Shown in pieces: positions 1 through 9,660 of a DNA stretch of 64,000 nt. The notes under the pieces are model-generated. The model made no database searches, was not told the origin of the DNA, and saw only the letters and a list, made by a program, of their open reading frames with translations. Source of the stretch: a virus. Position 1 is the stretch's first letter. Every line of letters begins with the position of its first letter. The position numbers and the translations under genes are program-made. The stretch covers positions 43,395-107,394 of the IMG/VR virus record IMGVR_UViG_3300015263_000944. One strand, given 5' to 3'.

Positions 1-330
1 CCTGTTAGGATTGGGCGGGATCGGCTCCTCCTTACCAGTGAAGCGATTCCATGTGGTTTCGCATTTGGGGCACATCCAATAGCTCACGCCATCGTAGTGC
101 TGGGGATGATTGTACTCCAACTCGATGCCGATGATGTGACTAAAGCATTTGGGAGATTCCTCAGTCCAACCATACATCCCCGCCGTCTTGCGGATTTCTT
201 CGTCGGTCTTGTTCTTGTAATAGTCGTGGCCCTCTTCTCGCATCTTCAGGAAGTGCTGATAGATGTCTTCTCCTTCCCAGAAGAAGCCACACTTCGGACA
301 CTGCTTTTCATCTTTGGGATATGTGGACAT
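1..330 (-). CDS. Zn-ribbon protein, 3' part truncated by window edge
   Basis: Minus-strand ATG at 330 overlaps the stop of the upstream gene (TGATG). It translates as MSTYPKDEKQCPKCGFFWEG...CPKCETTW with two CPKC pairs. The ORF runs off coordinate 1. Confidence 0.45.
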   Translation of the reverse strand, partial: MSTYPKDEKQCPKCGFFWEGEDIYQHFLKMREEGHDYYKNKTDEEIRKTAGMYGWTEESPKCFSHIIGIELEYNHPQHYDGVSYWMCPKCETTWNRFTGKEEPIPPNPNR

Positions 331-1022
331 CAAGCACCTCCATGTCGTGATTGGTTAGCGAAATCCAAACCGCCTTGTGCCATCAATCGATCAACAGCAC
401 GTTCAGCCGCCAATTCGCTGATGCCTTTACTTCGTCGTTTCGTTGGTGGGTCGAAGAGGCCCAGTGCCTTCATCAAGCAGGAGCGGCAGAGAACTGTTTT
501 AGTGACACTTTCTGCCGGAATCGGTTCATCGGTCTCGGGGAAGTTGTTGCCGACCAATCCACCCAGACAACGAGGGTCGGCGACATAAATGTTGCCGTGA
601 ATGATGAACCCAGCGGTAGGGTCCGTGATGGGCACGTCGCAGTCGTCACACAGGAAATGCTCGACCGTTCGCATTCTCTCCTTGCGAGAACGCCTCAGAT
701 CGGCTCTGGCAGGCTCACAGGCCCCTTTCTTGAGCTTCAGGGACTTGGAGACCTCTTCTGCTTCTCGACGCTGCTGGTTGCCGCCTGTGGCTTCCTCGAA
801 GGCGGCATCTTGGGCCTCAGCTACTAGGCTTTCGTCGGCGGGGATGCTTCGGGCGGGGGAGCGACTCAGCATTTCCGCCAGAGACTCGATCTGGTTCGGA
901 CTTGGACCTCCCACTCGTACTGCTCGTGGGGCTGGCCGCATCCTTCTTATTCGTCCGTCTTCTGGTCTTGGCGGCTGGTTTTGTTGTGGCTGAGTCATCT
1001 TCGTCATCCTTGACAGGTTCAT
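330..1022 (-). CDS. Hypothetical protein with CDDCD...CRSC cysteine cluster; start uncertain (internal Met at about 872 or 674 possible)
   Basis: 230-aa ORF. Its N-terminal 200 nt overlaps ORF 817..1323. Its stop is coupled to the downstream ATG. Confidence 0.4.
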   Translation of the reverse strand: MNLSRMTKMTQPQQNQPPRPEDGRIRRMRPAPRAVRVGGPSPNQIESLAEMLSRSPARSIPADESLVAEAQDAAFEEATGGNQQRREAEEVSKSLKLKKGACEPARADLRRSRKERMRTVEHFLCDDCDVPITDPTAGFIIHGNIYVADPRCLGGLVGNNFPETDEPIPAESVTKTVLCRSCLMKALGLFDPPTKRRSKGISELAAERAVDRLMAQGGLDFANQSRHGGA

Positions 1023-1323
1023 CTGGAATGTAGCGAATGGGATCGTCGCTGAATCGCTCTCGATCCCAGATCACCACTTCCAAGTTTTCTTCCTTGAAAG
1101 TTGCCTCTGCCGTCTTCTTGGCGTCGGCTAATTGGTCGGTCTCATAAAAGTCCTTGTAACACTTGCACCCAATGTAGGATTTTGCGGGCTGAAAAATCGA
1201 AACGGTATATCGCTTCGTATAAGTCAGACCATCATCGTCATCAGAAGACGAATCCTCTTGGATCTCATCTTCGATCTCCGGTTCTGGCTCCGGGTCAATC
1301 CTCTTGGTTCGCTTCTTCGCCAT
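817..1323 (-). CDS. Hypothetical acidic/basic low-complexity protein
   Basis: 168-aa ORF starting MAKKRTKR. It has an acidic DE-rich block and a basic C-terminus. It lies on the same strand as its neighbours. Confidence 0.4.
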   Translation of the reverse strand: MAKKRTKRIDPEPEPEIEDEIQEDSSSDDDDGLTYTKRYTVSIFQPAKSYIGCKCYKDFYETDQLADAKKTAEATFKEENLEVVIWDRERFSDDPIRYIPDEPVKDDEDDSATTKPAAKTRRRTNKKDAASPTSSTSGRSKSEPDRVSGGNAESLPRPKHPRRRKPSS

Positions 1324-1675
1324 TTGGACCTTCGATCCAGTTGTTGTTCTTCACACGTTGTCGGCCACCAACAGGCATATTGAAGAAGTAGGAGATAGCC
1401 GTGGTGCCATCTTCTAATTCAACCTCTCCCCGTCTGAACAGCGTTGGGACACCTTCATACTGATCGAGGTGCGCCAGACATTCATCTGAGACCGAATAGA
1501 CTTCGCCCTCGACGCTGCCCTCTTCCTCCACCATGCCCGGATACCAACTGATGCGATATAGTTGGTAGCGAGGGGCCGTGCGAACTTTCTTGATGAAAGT
1601 GGCCTTGGATCGCTCCAAAAACATGTGCGACCGACAACCACTCTTGAGCGTTCCGTAGACAAAAAGCGTGTGCAT
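1295..1675 (-). CDS. Gamma-glutamyl cyclotransferase-like (GGCT/AIG2 family) protein
   Basis: N-terminus MHTLFVYGTLKSG carries the YGTL signature of the AIG2/GGCT fold. Length is 126 aa. Confidence 0.7.
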   Translation of the reverse strand: MHTLFVYGTLKSGCRSHMFLERSKATFIKKVRTAPRYQLYRISWYPGMVEEEGSVEGEVYSVSDECLAHLDQYEGVPTLFRRGEVELEDGTTAISYFFNMPVGGRQRVKNNNWIEGPNGEEANQED

Positions 1676-1726
1676 TCCGTGCTCTCCTTTTCAGGGAGTA
1701 TAGCACAACGCCTCTTAATGGTCCAT

Positions 1727-2041
1727 TCAGATTTTGTGCGTGAAAGCGTAAGCCATCTGCACAATCTGAGAGACACCGAGAACGATATGGGATTTGGGCA
1801 GGTGGTACATGACCACAGGACCATCCCAGCGGAGATACATGATCAAGAAAGCGGTAGTGGATTCAACCACCACCTTTGCTTCGATCTGGCCGTACATGCG
1901 GTGTACGGCTGAAGGTACAGAAAGAGTGAAAGGGTAGTATTCACCTCTGCCGTCGTGAAACAAGAGTTCGATATCCATTTCCTGCTCGCTGGGAGTATCG
2001 TCAATCCCTACTCCGAGCGGCGGCGACTCATTCGCTGTCAC
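1727..2041 (-). CDS. Hypothetical protein
   Basis: 104-aa ORF collinear with its neighbours. Confidence 0.35.
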   Translation of the reverse strand: MTANESPPLGVGIDDTPSEQEMDIELLFHDGRGEYYPFTLSVPSAVHRMYGQIEAKVVVESTTAFLIMYLRWDGPVVMYHLPKSHIVLGVSQIVQMAYAFTHKI

Positions 2042-2228
2042 AATCTTTCACCGGTACAAAAGTTGGAATCGACTCGTCTTCGTCAAATGTCAAGACTTCT
2101 GGGAGATTGTCAGGATTGACTGAATCCCAGAATCGTTTGAGTAAACGAGCCGAAATGATGAACGGATCAAAAATAATCGTGACGATGTGAAACACCGTCA
2201 CGATCAAGATTTCCAGTAACGCCTCCAT
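2028..2228 (-). CDS. Hypothetical small hydrophobic protein
   Basis: 66-aa ORF with an N-terminal hydrophobic helix. It sits between ClpX and the next gene with a short overlap. Confidence 0.3.
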   Translation of the reverse strand: MEALLEILIVTVFHIVTIIFDPFIISARLLKRFWDSVNPDNLPEVLTFDEDESIPTFVPVKDCDSE

Positions 2229-2248
2229 GCCAGCGTCCTCAACTTGGA

Positions 2249-3541
2249 TTATGCGGCTTCTCCCCGTGACTCGCAGACGATCTTCTTCTCGCCTTTGACC
2301 ACAGACTCATCGATCACAATCTTCGCCGCTTTCGGGTTGGATGGCAAGTCGAAGTGAATGTCAGTCATCAGATCTTCCACCACACTCCGAAGAGCACGAG
2401 CCCCAGTGCCGAACTTGTGAGCCTTCTCGGCGATCATTCGCAGAGCACCATCTGTGAACTCCAGATCGAGCCCACTGTAGGCCAGCTTCTTTTCCTCTTG
2501 CTTGATGAGAGCGTTCTTCGGCTCGCTGAGCACCTGCACCAGATCGTCCACACTAAGTTCTTCGAGTGTGGCGATCACCGGCAGACGACCACACAATTCG
2601 GGGATCAGCCCGAACTCCATCAGATCGTGGTGGGTACATTGGGCCAGCAACTCGTTCTTCTCTTCGTTCTTCTCTTTGGTGGGTTGCTGTCCGAAGCCCA
2701 TCGCCCGGCGATTCATTCGCTTGCCGATGATGTCTTCCAGACCGTTGAATGCCCCACCGACGATGAAGAGGATGTTGGTGGTATCGATCTGGATGTATTG
2801 CTGCTCGGGGTGCTTTCTCCCACCCTGCGGAGGAACATTGGAGACGGTGCCTTCGATCATCTTCAGCAAGCTCTGTTGCACGCCTTCGCCACTCACGTCA
2901 CGAGTGATGCTGACGTTGCCACCAGTACGACCAATCTTGTCGATTTCGTCGATGTAGATGATTCCAGACTGGGCGGCGTCGATGTCGAAATCGGCAGCGA
3001 CGAGAAGTTTGAGGAGCAAATTTTCCACATCTTCGCCAACGTACCCAGCTTCGGTGAGGACGGTGGCATCACCGATGGCGAACGGAACTTGGAGCTTCTC
3101 GGCGAGGGAGCGGGCCAGCAGAGTCTTGCCGCTCCCTGTCGGGCCGATCAACACGATGTTCGACTTTTCGATTTCCACATCCTGCAACTCCTTACGCTTG
3201 ATGAGCGGAGTTGTATGGCCGTACCGCAACTCGCCGTCGATGAGACGCCGATAATGGTTGATGACCTGAACTGAGAGCTTCCGCTTCGCTGCATTCTGAC
3301 GGATCACATACTCGTCGAGATGCTCGTAAACATCTCGGGGCGAGGGGAGAGATTCCATCTGAGAGATGAGCGTAGGCTGACGAGACTTGCGTTCCTCTTG
3401 CTCGATGGCTTCATCGCAATTGGCGATGCAGTTCTTGCAAATGTACACACGGGCCTCATCGCCGTAGGCTTTGCCTTCGACAAGGGGGCCGACCTTGTTC
3501 TTGTCGCCCCCACAAAATCCACACTTGGGTCGTGTCTTCGC
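2249..3541 (-). CDS. clpX: ATP-dependent Clp protease ATP-binding subunit ClpX
   Basis: N-terminal C4 zinc finger (CGFCGG...CKNC). Walker A GPTGSGKT, and the typical ClpX sequence through the C-terminus. GAGGAGG lies 5 nt before the ATG at 3541; the longer ORF start at 3571 is less likely. Confidence 0.9.
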   Translation of the reverse strand, partial: AKTRPKCGFCGGDKNKVGPLVEGKAYGDEARVYICKNCIANCDEAIEQEERKSRQPTLISQMESLPSPRDVYEHLDEYVIRQNAAKRKLSVQVINHYRRLIDGELRYGHTTPLIKRKELQDVEIEKSNIVLIGPTGSGKTLLARSLAEKLQVPFAIGDATVLTEAGYVGEDVENLLLKLLVAADFDIDAAQSGIIYIDEIDKIGRTGGNVSITRDVSGEGVQQSLLKMIEGTVSNVPPQGGRKHPEQQYIQIDTTNILFIVGGAFNGLEDIIGKRMNRRAMGFGQQPTKEKNEEKNELLAQCTHHDLMEFGLIPELCGRLPVIATLEELSVDDLVQVLSEPKNALIKQEEKKLAYSGLDLEFTDGALRMIAEKAHKFGTGARALRSVVEDLMTDIHFDLPSNPKAAKIVIDESVVKGEKKIVCESRGEAA

Positions 3542-3601
3542 CATAAGTTCCTCCTCTGCTGGGCTTTTCATTGCCGTCTTCCCGTCAACATCATTATAGA
3601 G

Positions 3602-3607
3602 AGTTTC
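3602..3607 (-). promoter_or_regulatory. Possible -10 element (TATAAT on minus strand) upstream of clpX
   Basis: Perfect TATAAT about 60 nt upstream of the clpX ATG. No convincing -35 was found. Confidence 0.2.
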
Positions 3608-3674
3608 TCATCTACATTTTACGGCTAATCTGAGGCAGTGTAAAGCAATTCTCCGGTAGATGTTAGGGTGAAGT

Positions 3675-4493
3675 TTACCGTGGGTGGCGGTTATCCGTTT
3701 CCTGATCCAGCCTCTCAGAAAGTTCGTCGAATTCCTCTCTACTTTGTATTGACACCAATCGTCGCTGAATGTCGGAAATCATTCGAGCCGACGCCTCAAC
3801 ATCGTGGGGCGAGACTGCTGGCGGCTCATCGCCGGTCACTGTTCGGTATAGATCCTGAAGCTGACGATGCCCCTTGGCCGCTCGAATCTCTTGTTCCGCA
3901 GCCATTGCAATGAATGCTCCGATCACAACCAACATGAAGCGACCAGACATGATTCCCACAATAGCGAATCCAATACAGCCCACTTGACCAATTCGACCAG
4001 CGACAACTGTTGCCCGCTCATGATTCTTCCATATCATCGACAGAAGAGACCTCAACACTCTACCACCATCCATTGGAAAAATTGGCAATAGGTTGAAAAG
4101 CAGAATCGCAATGTTGATATAACAAAGCGTGGCAAGGACTGTGTGGACACTTGCCGAGAACCACAATGGGGCAATCAAGAGAGCGTTGACCAGCGGTCCA
4201 GCAAGAGCAACAACAAACTCTTGTACCGGCTCAACAGGCAGTCGCATTCGGGCCGCACCACCGAACGGATAGAGGGTGATGCTATGGGGCTCGATCCCAT
4301 ATCTTTGTGCCGCAATGCAGTGTCCAAATTCATGCAGCAGGACAATGAAGAAAGCCCCGGCATAAACGGCGGCGAGATTCCCGCCACCAGCAATCAACAC
4401 AAAAAGAAAAAGAAGTACCCAACTCCAATGCAGAGTTACGGGGACACGAAACCACCTACCCAGTGGAATGTTGAGATAGTTCAGAAATTTCAT
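3675..4493 (-). CDS. Site-2 protease family (peptidase M50) zinc metalloprotease
   Basis: HEFGH motif inside a TM helix. Multiple TM segments and a C-terminal soluble domain. Confidence 0.75.
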   Translation of the reverse strand: MKFLNYLNIPLGRWFRVPVTLHWSWVLLFLFVLIAGGGNLAAVYAGAFFIVLLHEFGHCIAAQRYGIEPHSITLYPFGGAARMRLPVEPVQEFVVALAGPLVNALLIAPLWFSASVHTVLATLCYINIAILLFNLLPIFPMDGGRVLRSLLSMIWKNHERATVVAGRIGQVGCIGFAIVGIMSGRFMLVVIGAFIAMAAEQEIRAAKGHRQLQDLYRTVTGDEPPAVSPHDVEASARMISDIQRRLVSIQSREEFDELSERLDQETDNRHPR

Positions 4494-5514
4494 TGGAATC
4501 CGTTCCTTTATTCAGGAGAACCCTCTTGGTCTCCAAATACTCTTTCCATCGATTCATAATGTACCGATGGTTGTGCTCAAATGTCGCTTGCACGTCGATC
4601 TGTCCTTCCTTGTGGACTTCGTTGATCGTCTTGTTCTGATAGTGGTACACCAGTGGGATGTACAAAGCGTAAATCTTATGGCCTGCTTCCATCAGGCGCA
4701 AGGACAAATCAGCATCCTCACAATATGCGAACTTCAATTGTTTGTTGAACAAACCGAATTCGGCATATGTGGTTTTCCGCTCAATGCAGAAACACCAGCC
4801 CGGAATATAATCAATTTCGGCTCCGTTGTCACCACCAAATCCCCGACCATCTGAGCTTAAATGCCCACCCCAAAAGCCTACCTGACGGTAATCTGGGTTG
4901 TTTTGCAAGAAGCCAAGCATAGCAGTATCCCAATGCTCAAAGACTTTGGTATCAGAATTCAGCAGGATGATATAATCTCCGGTGCCAACCTCGGCCAGCC
5001 TGTTGTTGGGTTCGATGAACCCCATATTGGCATCCATCGTCCAAACTTCTAAGCTCCAATCAGGGTTTTCAATGCTGAGGAATTCTGCTTGCAGCCTCTC
5101 AATGTATTGTTTTGTCTCTGGCCCGGAATCATTATCCCAGATGTAAAGTGTGTAGTTGTGCGTGTGTGCTCGGACAGATTCAATGCACTGCTTGAAGTAT
5201 TCTAACTGGTCACGAACAACGATGATGATGTCCTTCCATTTGTTCTCAGCCATCACTGCTGCTTTAAGTTCAGCCTCCATCTCCTTCTTCATCTCATCAA
5301 GTTGACCAGCACGGGAATGCTCTCTGGCCTGCCGCCAGATCTTGTTGCCGCATTCTTCGCTGCACACATGCTTCTGCAACTTCACATCAATCCAACGTGT
5401 GAAAGAACCACACTCAAAGCATTGGCCGAGTTTGGGATCACGAGTCACAAACGAGTATTCGAACTCGATTCGTTCGGTGGGCGCAGTGTCAGGGTATTTA
5501 ATCTCGAATTTCAT
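4456..5514 (-). CDS. Family 2 glycosyltransferase with N-terminal zinc ribbon
   Basis: CFECGSF...CSEECGN zinc ribbon followed by a GT-A domain with IWDNDSG and CEDADLSLR motifs. Start placed at MKFEIK (5514) to limit overlap with the upstream gene. Confidence 0.75.
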   Translation of the reverse strand: MKFEIKYPDTAPTERIEFEYSFVTRDPKLGQCFECGSFTRWIDVKLQKHVCSEECGNKIWRQAREHSRAGQLDEMKKEMEAELKAAVMAENKWKDIIIVVRDQLEYFKQCIESVRAHTHNYTLYIWDNDSGPETKQYIERLQAEFLSIENPDWSLEVWTMDANMGFIEPNNRLAEVGTGDYIILLNSDTKVFEHWDTAMLGFLQNNPDYRQVGFWGGHLSSDGRGFGGDNGAEIDYIPGWCFCIERKTTYAEFGLFNKQLKFAYCEDADLSLRLMEAGHKIYALYIPLVYHYQNKTINEVHKEGQIDVQATFEHNHRYIMNRWKEYLETKRVLLNKGTDSNEISELSQHSTG

Positions 5515-5872
5515 CAGAGCCTTTCGGGAGCACCAGCCAACTCTTATACCCCATCGTGAGGTAGATGGCCTGCTCTTCAAGAAGGGAGCACATTTCAGAC
5601 AGGAATTGAACGAAGGGCTTTACGTCGCCATGAAAACTGACTTCATAGCGGGCGTTTTGATCCTTGAAGATCGGATCTTCTGGGTGCCGACGCCAATACC
5701 CTTCGATGGCACTGGTTTCCAGCGTGTAGGCATCGAAGCTCGTCATCAAAAACTGCTCGAACAGTTCTCGTGGCGTCTTTCCATCCTTGCCGTGATCAAC
5801 CGAATCCAACTTTTGGACCGGGATATAAAACACAGCCACATGCCCGAGGTAAATAGCGTCAATCTCATCCAT
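5498..5872 (-). CDS. Hypothetical protein
   Basis: 124-aa ORF collinear with its neighbours. Confidence 0.45.
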   Translation of the reverse strand: MDEIDAIYLGHVAVFYIPVQKLDSVDHGKDGKTPRELFEQFLMTSFDAYTLETSAIEGYWRRHPEDPIFKDQNARYEVSFHGDVKPFVQFLSEMCSLLEEQAIYLTMGYKSWLVLPKGSDEIRD

Positions 5873-5886
5873 GAACTATCAGAGTA

Positions 5887-6750
5887 TCACTCGGAGGGAT
5901 TCTCTTCCTCTGCCCTCTCTGCTTGTTCTTGTTCTTTGGCGGCGTCTTCAGCTTCCGTGGTGCCCGTCGCCTTATCCATTTCGGCGATCACAGCACGCTC
6001 CTCCTTCACCTTCTTGAATTCCTCAAAAGGATCGAGGTTCGGGTCGGCTTCTTCTGCAAAGACTTGATCAAACGCTCCTGTGATGGCAGAGAAGCACGCC
6101 ATCACAACCGCCAGACCAGCGATCATAAATCCCATGACGATTACCCGCCCGGCTGCTGTCTGCGGGGAGAGATCACCATAACCAACCGTCGTAGCAGTAA
6201 CTTCCAAGAACCACGAAAGCGTGAAGAGGTTGCGAAATTCGGGTTGAGTCGGTCCCTCTACCTCATACAGAGCAAAGAGGGTGAACAACAGAATGATTCC
6301 CGTCATGAAAAGCAATGGTCGCAAATTGAACCATGCTCGATAGAAACCAAGGGCAACCAGTTGCAATGACCGGTTGTATCTGAAGAACTTCAACATGCGA
6401 AGCACACGCAATGTGCGAACCAAGTGAAGATAGGGCCGCAGTATCGGCAGGAACCCAATCCAGAAAGGCAAGATGGAGATCAAATCGATCATTCCAAATG
6501 CTGTGCGGGGATAAAACCCACGCCCAGAGTTCCGCCACCAGCGGAAGGCATATTCGACAGTGAAGATCAGAGCAACAATTCGCTCTGACCATAGAAAGAA
6601 GGGATGACTTCCTCTACTGTCGGTCTCTGGATACATGTGGCATTCAACAGCCAACATCGCCACGCTGTAAATCACCAATGGCTTGACAATCAGGTCGATC
6701 TTATCGATGACCCATTTCGTGGCATCCATTCGGTCAGTGCTGATCTCCAT
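5887..6750 (-). CDS. Voltage-gated potassium channel (6TM, Kv/KvAP-like)
   Basis: Six predicted TM helices. S4 segment LVRTLRVLRMLKFFR has basic residues at every third position. Pore helix plus the TVGYGD selectivity filter. Acidic cytoplasmic tail. RBS GGAAGAAGG lies before the ATG. Confidence 0.85.
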   Translation of the reverse strand: MEISTDRMDATKWVIDKIDLIVKPLVIYSVAMLAVECHMYPETDSRGSHPFFLWSERIVALIFTVEYAFRWWRNSGRGFYPRTAFGMIDLISILPFWIGFLPILRPYLHLVRTLRVLRMLKFFRYNRSLQLVALGFYRAWFNLRPLLFMTGIILLFTLFALYEVEGPTQPEFRNLFTLSWFLEVTATTVGYGDLSPQTAAGRVIVMGFMIAGLAVVMACFSAITGAFDQVFAEEADPNLDPFEEFKKVKEERAVIAEMDKATGTTEAEDAAKEQEQAERAEEENPSE

Positions 6751-6760
6751 AACCTTCTTC

Positions 6761-7021
6761 CTATTGGTTAAGCAAAGCCGCCCGCTGTATCATCGCTGTC
6801 GCCATGATCAAAACCCACATTGCCGATAACACCCAATTGGGCAACATAGCAGCTTGTGCATGATGCCATTCCGCTAAAGCGTAGAGCACTGCTGGAAACA
6901 CTGACAAGATCGCAACGGCAGCACAGGTCTGCGGCGATGGAGTGGCGGCTTTGACGAGAATTGCTACAAAACCGATGATCGCAGACAGGGATGCGAGAAA
7001 GTGTAACATTCGGGGTTCCAT
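6761..7021 (-). CDS. Small membrane protein
   Basis: Two or three hydrophobic helices. Start taken at MEPRML. Confidence 0.4.
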   Translation of the reverse strand: MEPRMLHFLASLSAIIGFVAILVKAATPSPQTCAAVAILSVFPAVLYALAEWHHAQAAMLPNWVLSAMWVLIMATAMIQRAALLNQ

Positions 7022-7059
7022 GACATTTCCTTCCTTGGAGTTCCCCACACGGTAGCGGA

Positions 7060-7926
7060 TCAAGCCGGATAGGTAAAGACGACTTCCTCCCCAAGTTCAG
7101 AATTGGGATCGTGGATATTCATGAAATCCGGGGCAGTACACAAATCAAAACCAGATAGGCCCATCGCCGCAAATGCCCTGTCCAATACTGGTTTTCGCTC
7201 TCGCAATTCGTCGGCCTGTAGCAAATGTTTCAGATGCAAACACATTCGGTGGTGATGATGTTCATAGGTGTTTCCGCCGTGGAACACATAGACATAATGA
7301 TGCCCTTCGTTCACGCCCACAACTGATCCACTCTGCATCAACTTCTGAAGAACATTGAGATCTTCTTCTCGATCACTTTGGTATCCAAACTCTGGATAGA
7401 GAAAACTTCGAAATTGATGGAAGCAGCTTTTTCGGAACATGACCGATCCGGTCAAAAAGCGTTTGTACGGTGATTGTTGAAGGATGTCCATGTAGCTCTC
7501 TGGGCCACGGGTATAATCTATCCAATACATTCTCCCTGTATTCTTGAAGTATTTCAGGTGTTGAGTGTAAAGGCTCGCCACGGCACGTCCACGAAGATGC
7601 TTGAACTGCGTCATCAGTCTGTCGGGATGATAAAAATCATCGTCATCCCACTGGCAAATGATGTCACCGGTAGTCAACTCAATGGAAACATTACGCATGG
7701 CACCCAGAGAAATGTTCGAGGGAGCTTCTATGAAGATCGCTCCTTTAATGGCACTCACCATCTGACGAATGGTTGCATTCCGCTCGGCTGTTCCTTGCGA
7801 AACCACCACGAGTTCTTTGTTCGCATAAGTTTGAGCCTCAAAACATCGAAGTGCGCCGCCAATCAGGTCATCCCGACCTGTGGTCACAGTAACGCAACTG
7901 ATTTTGGGTGGTCGTTCAAAGATCAT
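7060..7926 (-). CDS. Family 2 glycosyltransferase
   Basis: PKISCVTVT N-terminus and a QWDDDD DxD motif. Paralogous to the next gene. Confidence 0.8.
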   Translation of the reverse strand: MIFERPPKISCVTVTTGRDDLIGGALRCFEAQTYANKELVVVSQGTAERNATIRQMVSAIKGAIFIEAPSNISLGAMRNVSIELTTGDIICQWDDDDFYHPDRLMTQFKHLRGRAVASLYTQHLKYFKNTGRMYWIDYTRGPESYMDILQQSPYKRFLTGSVMFRKSCFHQFRSFLYPEFGYQSDREEDLNVLQKLMQSGSVVGVNEGHHYVYVFHGGNTYEHHHHRMCLHLKHLLQADELRERKPVLDRAFAAMGLSGFDLCTAPDFMNIHDPNSELGEEVVFTYPA

Positions 7927-8741
7927 GATTCCCTCTCATATAAGAATGCCAATCCCTCTCTGCCCATGACGGTGATCTTGTCTGCCAATTGCAGATGATC
8001 GAGCGTTCGACAGATGCGGTTGCGATGTTTGATCATGAAAGGAATGGTCATGCTACGATGCGTCGAAATGACTTGATGATGCTGGATGTCCCAGACGTTT
8101 TTTCCATGGAAGCTGTAGACATGCAAGTATCCCTTGTCTCTCAAAAGAATCACCTCAGTCTTTTCGCACAACTGATGAGCGAGCACAGAATCTTCACCGG
8201 CTGAGGCAAACGTGCCCGCTGAAGGATATCGAGCGGGGAAGCCTTCTTTGTACGCCATAATGGTGCCGGGTATCAATGAGAACTCTTGCACCTGACCGCT
8301 CAGGAAATGTTCCCAGTTCTCCCAATACAACTGTTGCGTTGGGAAGTAGTAATGCAGTTGATCGGTGAGATAGCAGACACGGGCGTTGGTGTGTTTGGAG
8401 AGATATGCGTACTGGGTCGCCAATCGCTCTGGCATGTTAAAGTCGTCATCATCCCATTGCACAAAGAGATCGCCATGACAAAGGGCGATGGAGATGTTGC
8501 GTAAAGCCCCGAGCGTGTATTTGCCGTCCAAGAAGATGAATCGCACATCTTCACGTTGCCCAACACACTCTCTGATTTGCTGTTGATACTGAAGAGACCC
8601 CTCATTGACGATCACCAATTCACGATTGGGATATGTCTGATTGAGGTAGCACTGGAAACTTCTGCGAAAGTATTCAATGCGCCCGTTGGCTGTGACCAGC
8701 AAGCAACTGATCTTCGGATATGGCCTATCGATGTGGAACAT
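7923..8741 (-). CDS. Family 2 glycosyltransferase (tandem paralog)
   Basis: PKISCLLVT and QWDDDD motifs. ATGA overlap with the downstream paralog. Confidence 0.8.
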   Translation of the reverse strand: MFHIDRPYPKISCLLVTANGRIEYFRRSFQCYLNQTYPNRELVIVNEGSLQYQQQIRECVGQREDVRFIFLDGKYTLGALRNISIALCHGDLFVQWDDDDFNMPERLATQYAYLSKHTNARVCYLTDQLHYYFPTQQLYWENWEHFLSGQVQEFSLIPGTIMAYKEGFPARYPSAGTFASAGEDSVLAHQLCEKTEVILLRDKGYLHVYSFHGKNVWDIQHHQVISTHRSMTIPFMIKHRNRICRTLDHLQLADKITVMGREGLAFLYERES

Positions 8742-8762
8742 ACTCTATGAAAGTAAGTTCCA

Positions 8763-8800
8763 ACAAAAAAGGCCACGGTGATCTCTCACCGTGGCCTTTC
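8763..8800 (-). terminator. Rho-independent terminator
   Basis: Perfect hairpin GGCCACGGTGA/TCACCGTGGCC followed on the minus strand by TTTTTTG. Confidence 0.6.
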
Positions 8801-8824
8801 CGCAATGACCGTCCACACGACGGA

Positions 8825-9460
8825 TCAGTCTTCGAGTTCGGCTCCTTCGACGATGTAGTATCGCCGGTCGTCGCCACGGGCGACCTTCTTGGCCTTCTTG
8901 AAGTTGTAGAGGTGCTGCTGAATCTGGGGGCTGATGTTCTCGGAAGAGGATTCCCAGATCTTCTTGGCCTCGATGATCTCCTTGACTTCGGAGACCTTGA
9001 GACCCTCGGCGTCGGCGGGGAAGTCGGGCAGAATCTTCTCCCACGCTTCCGGCCCCATCTCCAGCACTTGCCAGATGGCAGCCTTCAGGGAGATTTCGTT
9101 GCCGTAGTTCCGGTCGGCGGGATCGACCTTGCCGCTGCGACGGACGTTCTTCCTGCCCTTGCCCTTGGCCGCTGGAGCATTCTTGCTCTTCGTCTTCTTC
9201 TTGGCCGGGGCGACGGCAGTGCTGGCAGCGGGGCGGGTGCGTGCCGTCTTCGGACGAGGTGCCGCAGGCGAAGCGACCGAGGAAGAGCCGTTCGAGCCAA
9301 CCTGATAATCGCCAGAATGCTGATTGGCGAGATCACGGATGGCGGCGAACTTCTCTTTGGCTGCGTTCAGCTTCTCCTGTCCCTCGTGTTCCAGTTGGTT
9401 TGCTTCGGCAAGGAGATCGCTGATCTGCTTGCCAACGTCGGTGGCTGTCGCCGTACTCAT
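8825..9460 (-). CDS. Lys/Ala-rich histone H1-like putative DNA-binding protein
   Basis: N-terminal coiled coil. Central KKKTKSKNAPAAKGKGRK low-complexity block. Structured C-terminal domain. The opposite-strand ORF 8720..9589 is its antisense. Confidence 0.55.
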   Translation of the reverse strand: MSTATATDVGKQISDLLAEANQLEHEGQEKLNAAKEKFAAIRDLANQHSGDYQVGSNGSSSVASPAAPRPKTARTRPAASTAVAPAKKKTKSKNAPAAKGKGRKNVRRSGKVDPADRNYGNEISLKAAIWQVLEMGPEAWEKILPDFPADAEGLKVSEVKEIIEAKKIWESSSENISPQIQQHLYNFKKAKKVARGDDRRYYIVEGAELED

Positions 9461-9660
9461 GGTTGGGGTTCTCCCTTGCAGCCGGTTTGTTCTGGGAAGC
9501 CTGTCTCATTGGCTGCGAAAGAGCAGGCACGCAACGTGTCCACAACACAAGTGTATCATCTGAGAAGGCGGGTTCAACCCCCTTTGTAAGAATTTTTCAG
9601 TTTGGATGGATACCTACTGTTATAAGTCGAACCCAAGGACGTAAACGAAGGGAGGCACAA

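Noticed and set aside
2354-3274. 306-aa plus-strand ORF inside clpX
   Set aside because: It is antisense to an unambiguous ClpX coding sequence.
8720-9589. 289-aa plus-strand ORF
   Set aside because: It is antisense to the Lys/Ala-rich gene. Its L/G/D/V-rich low-complexity translation mirrors that gene's codons. No RBS.
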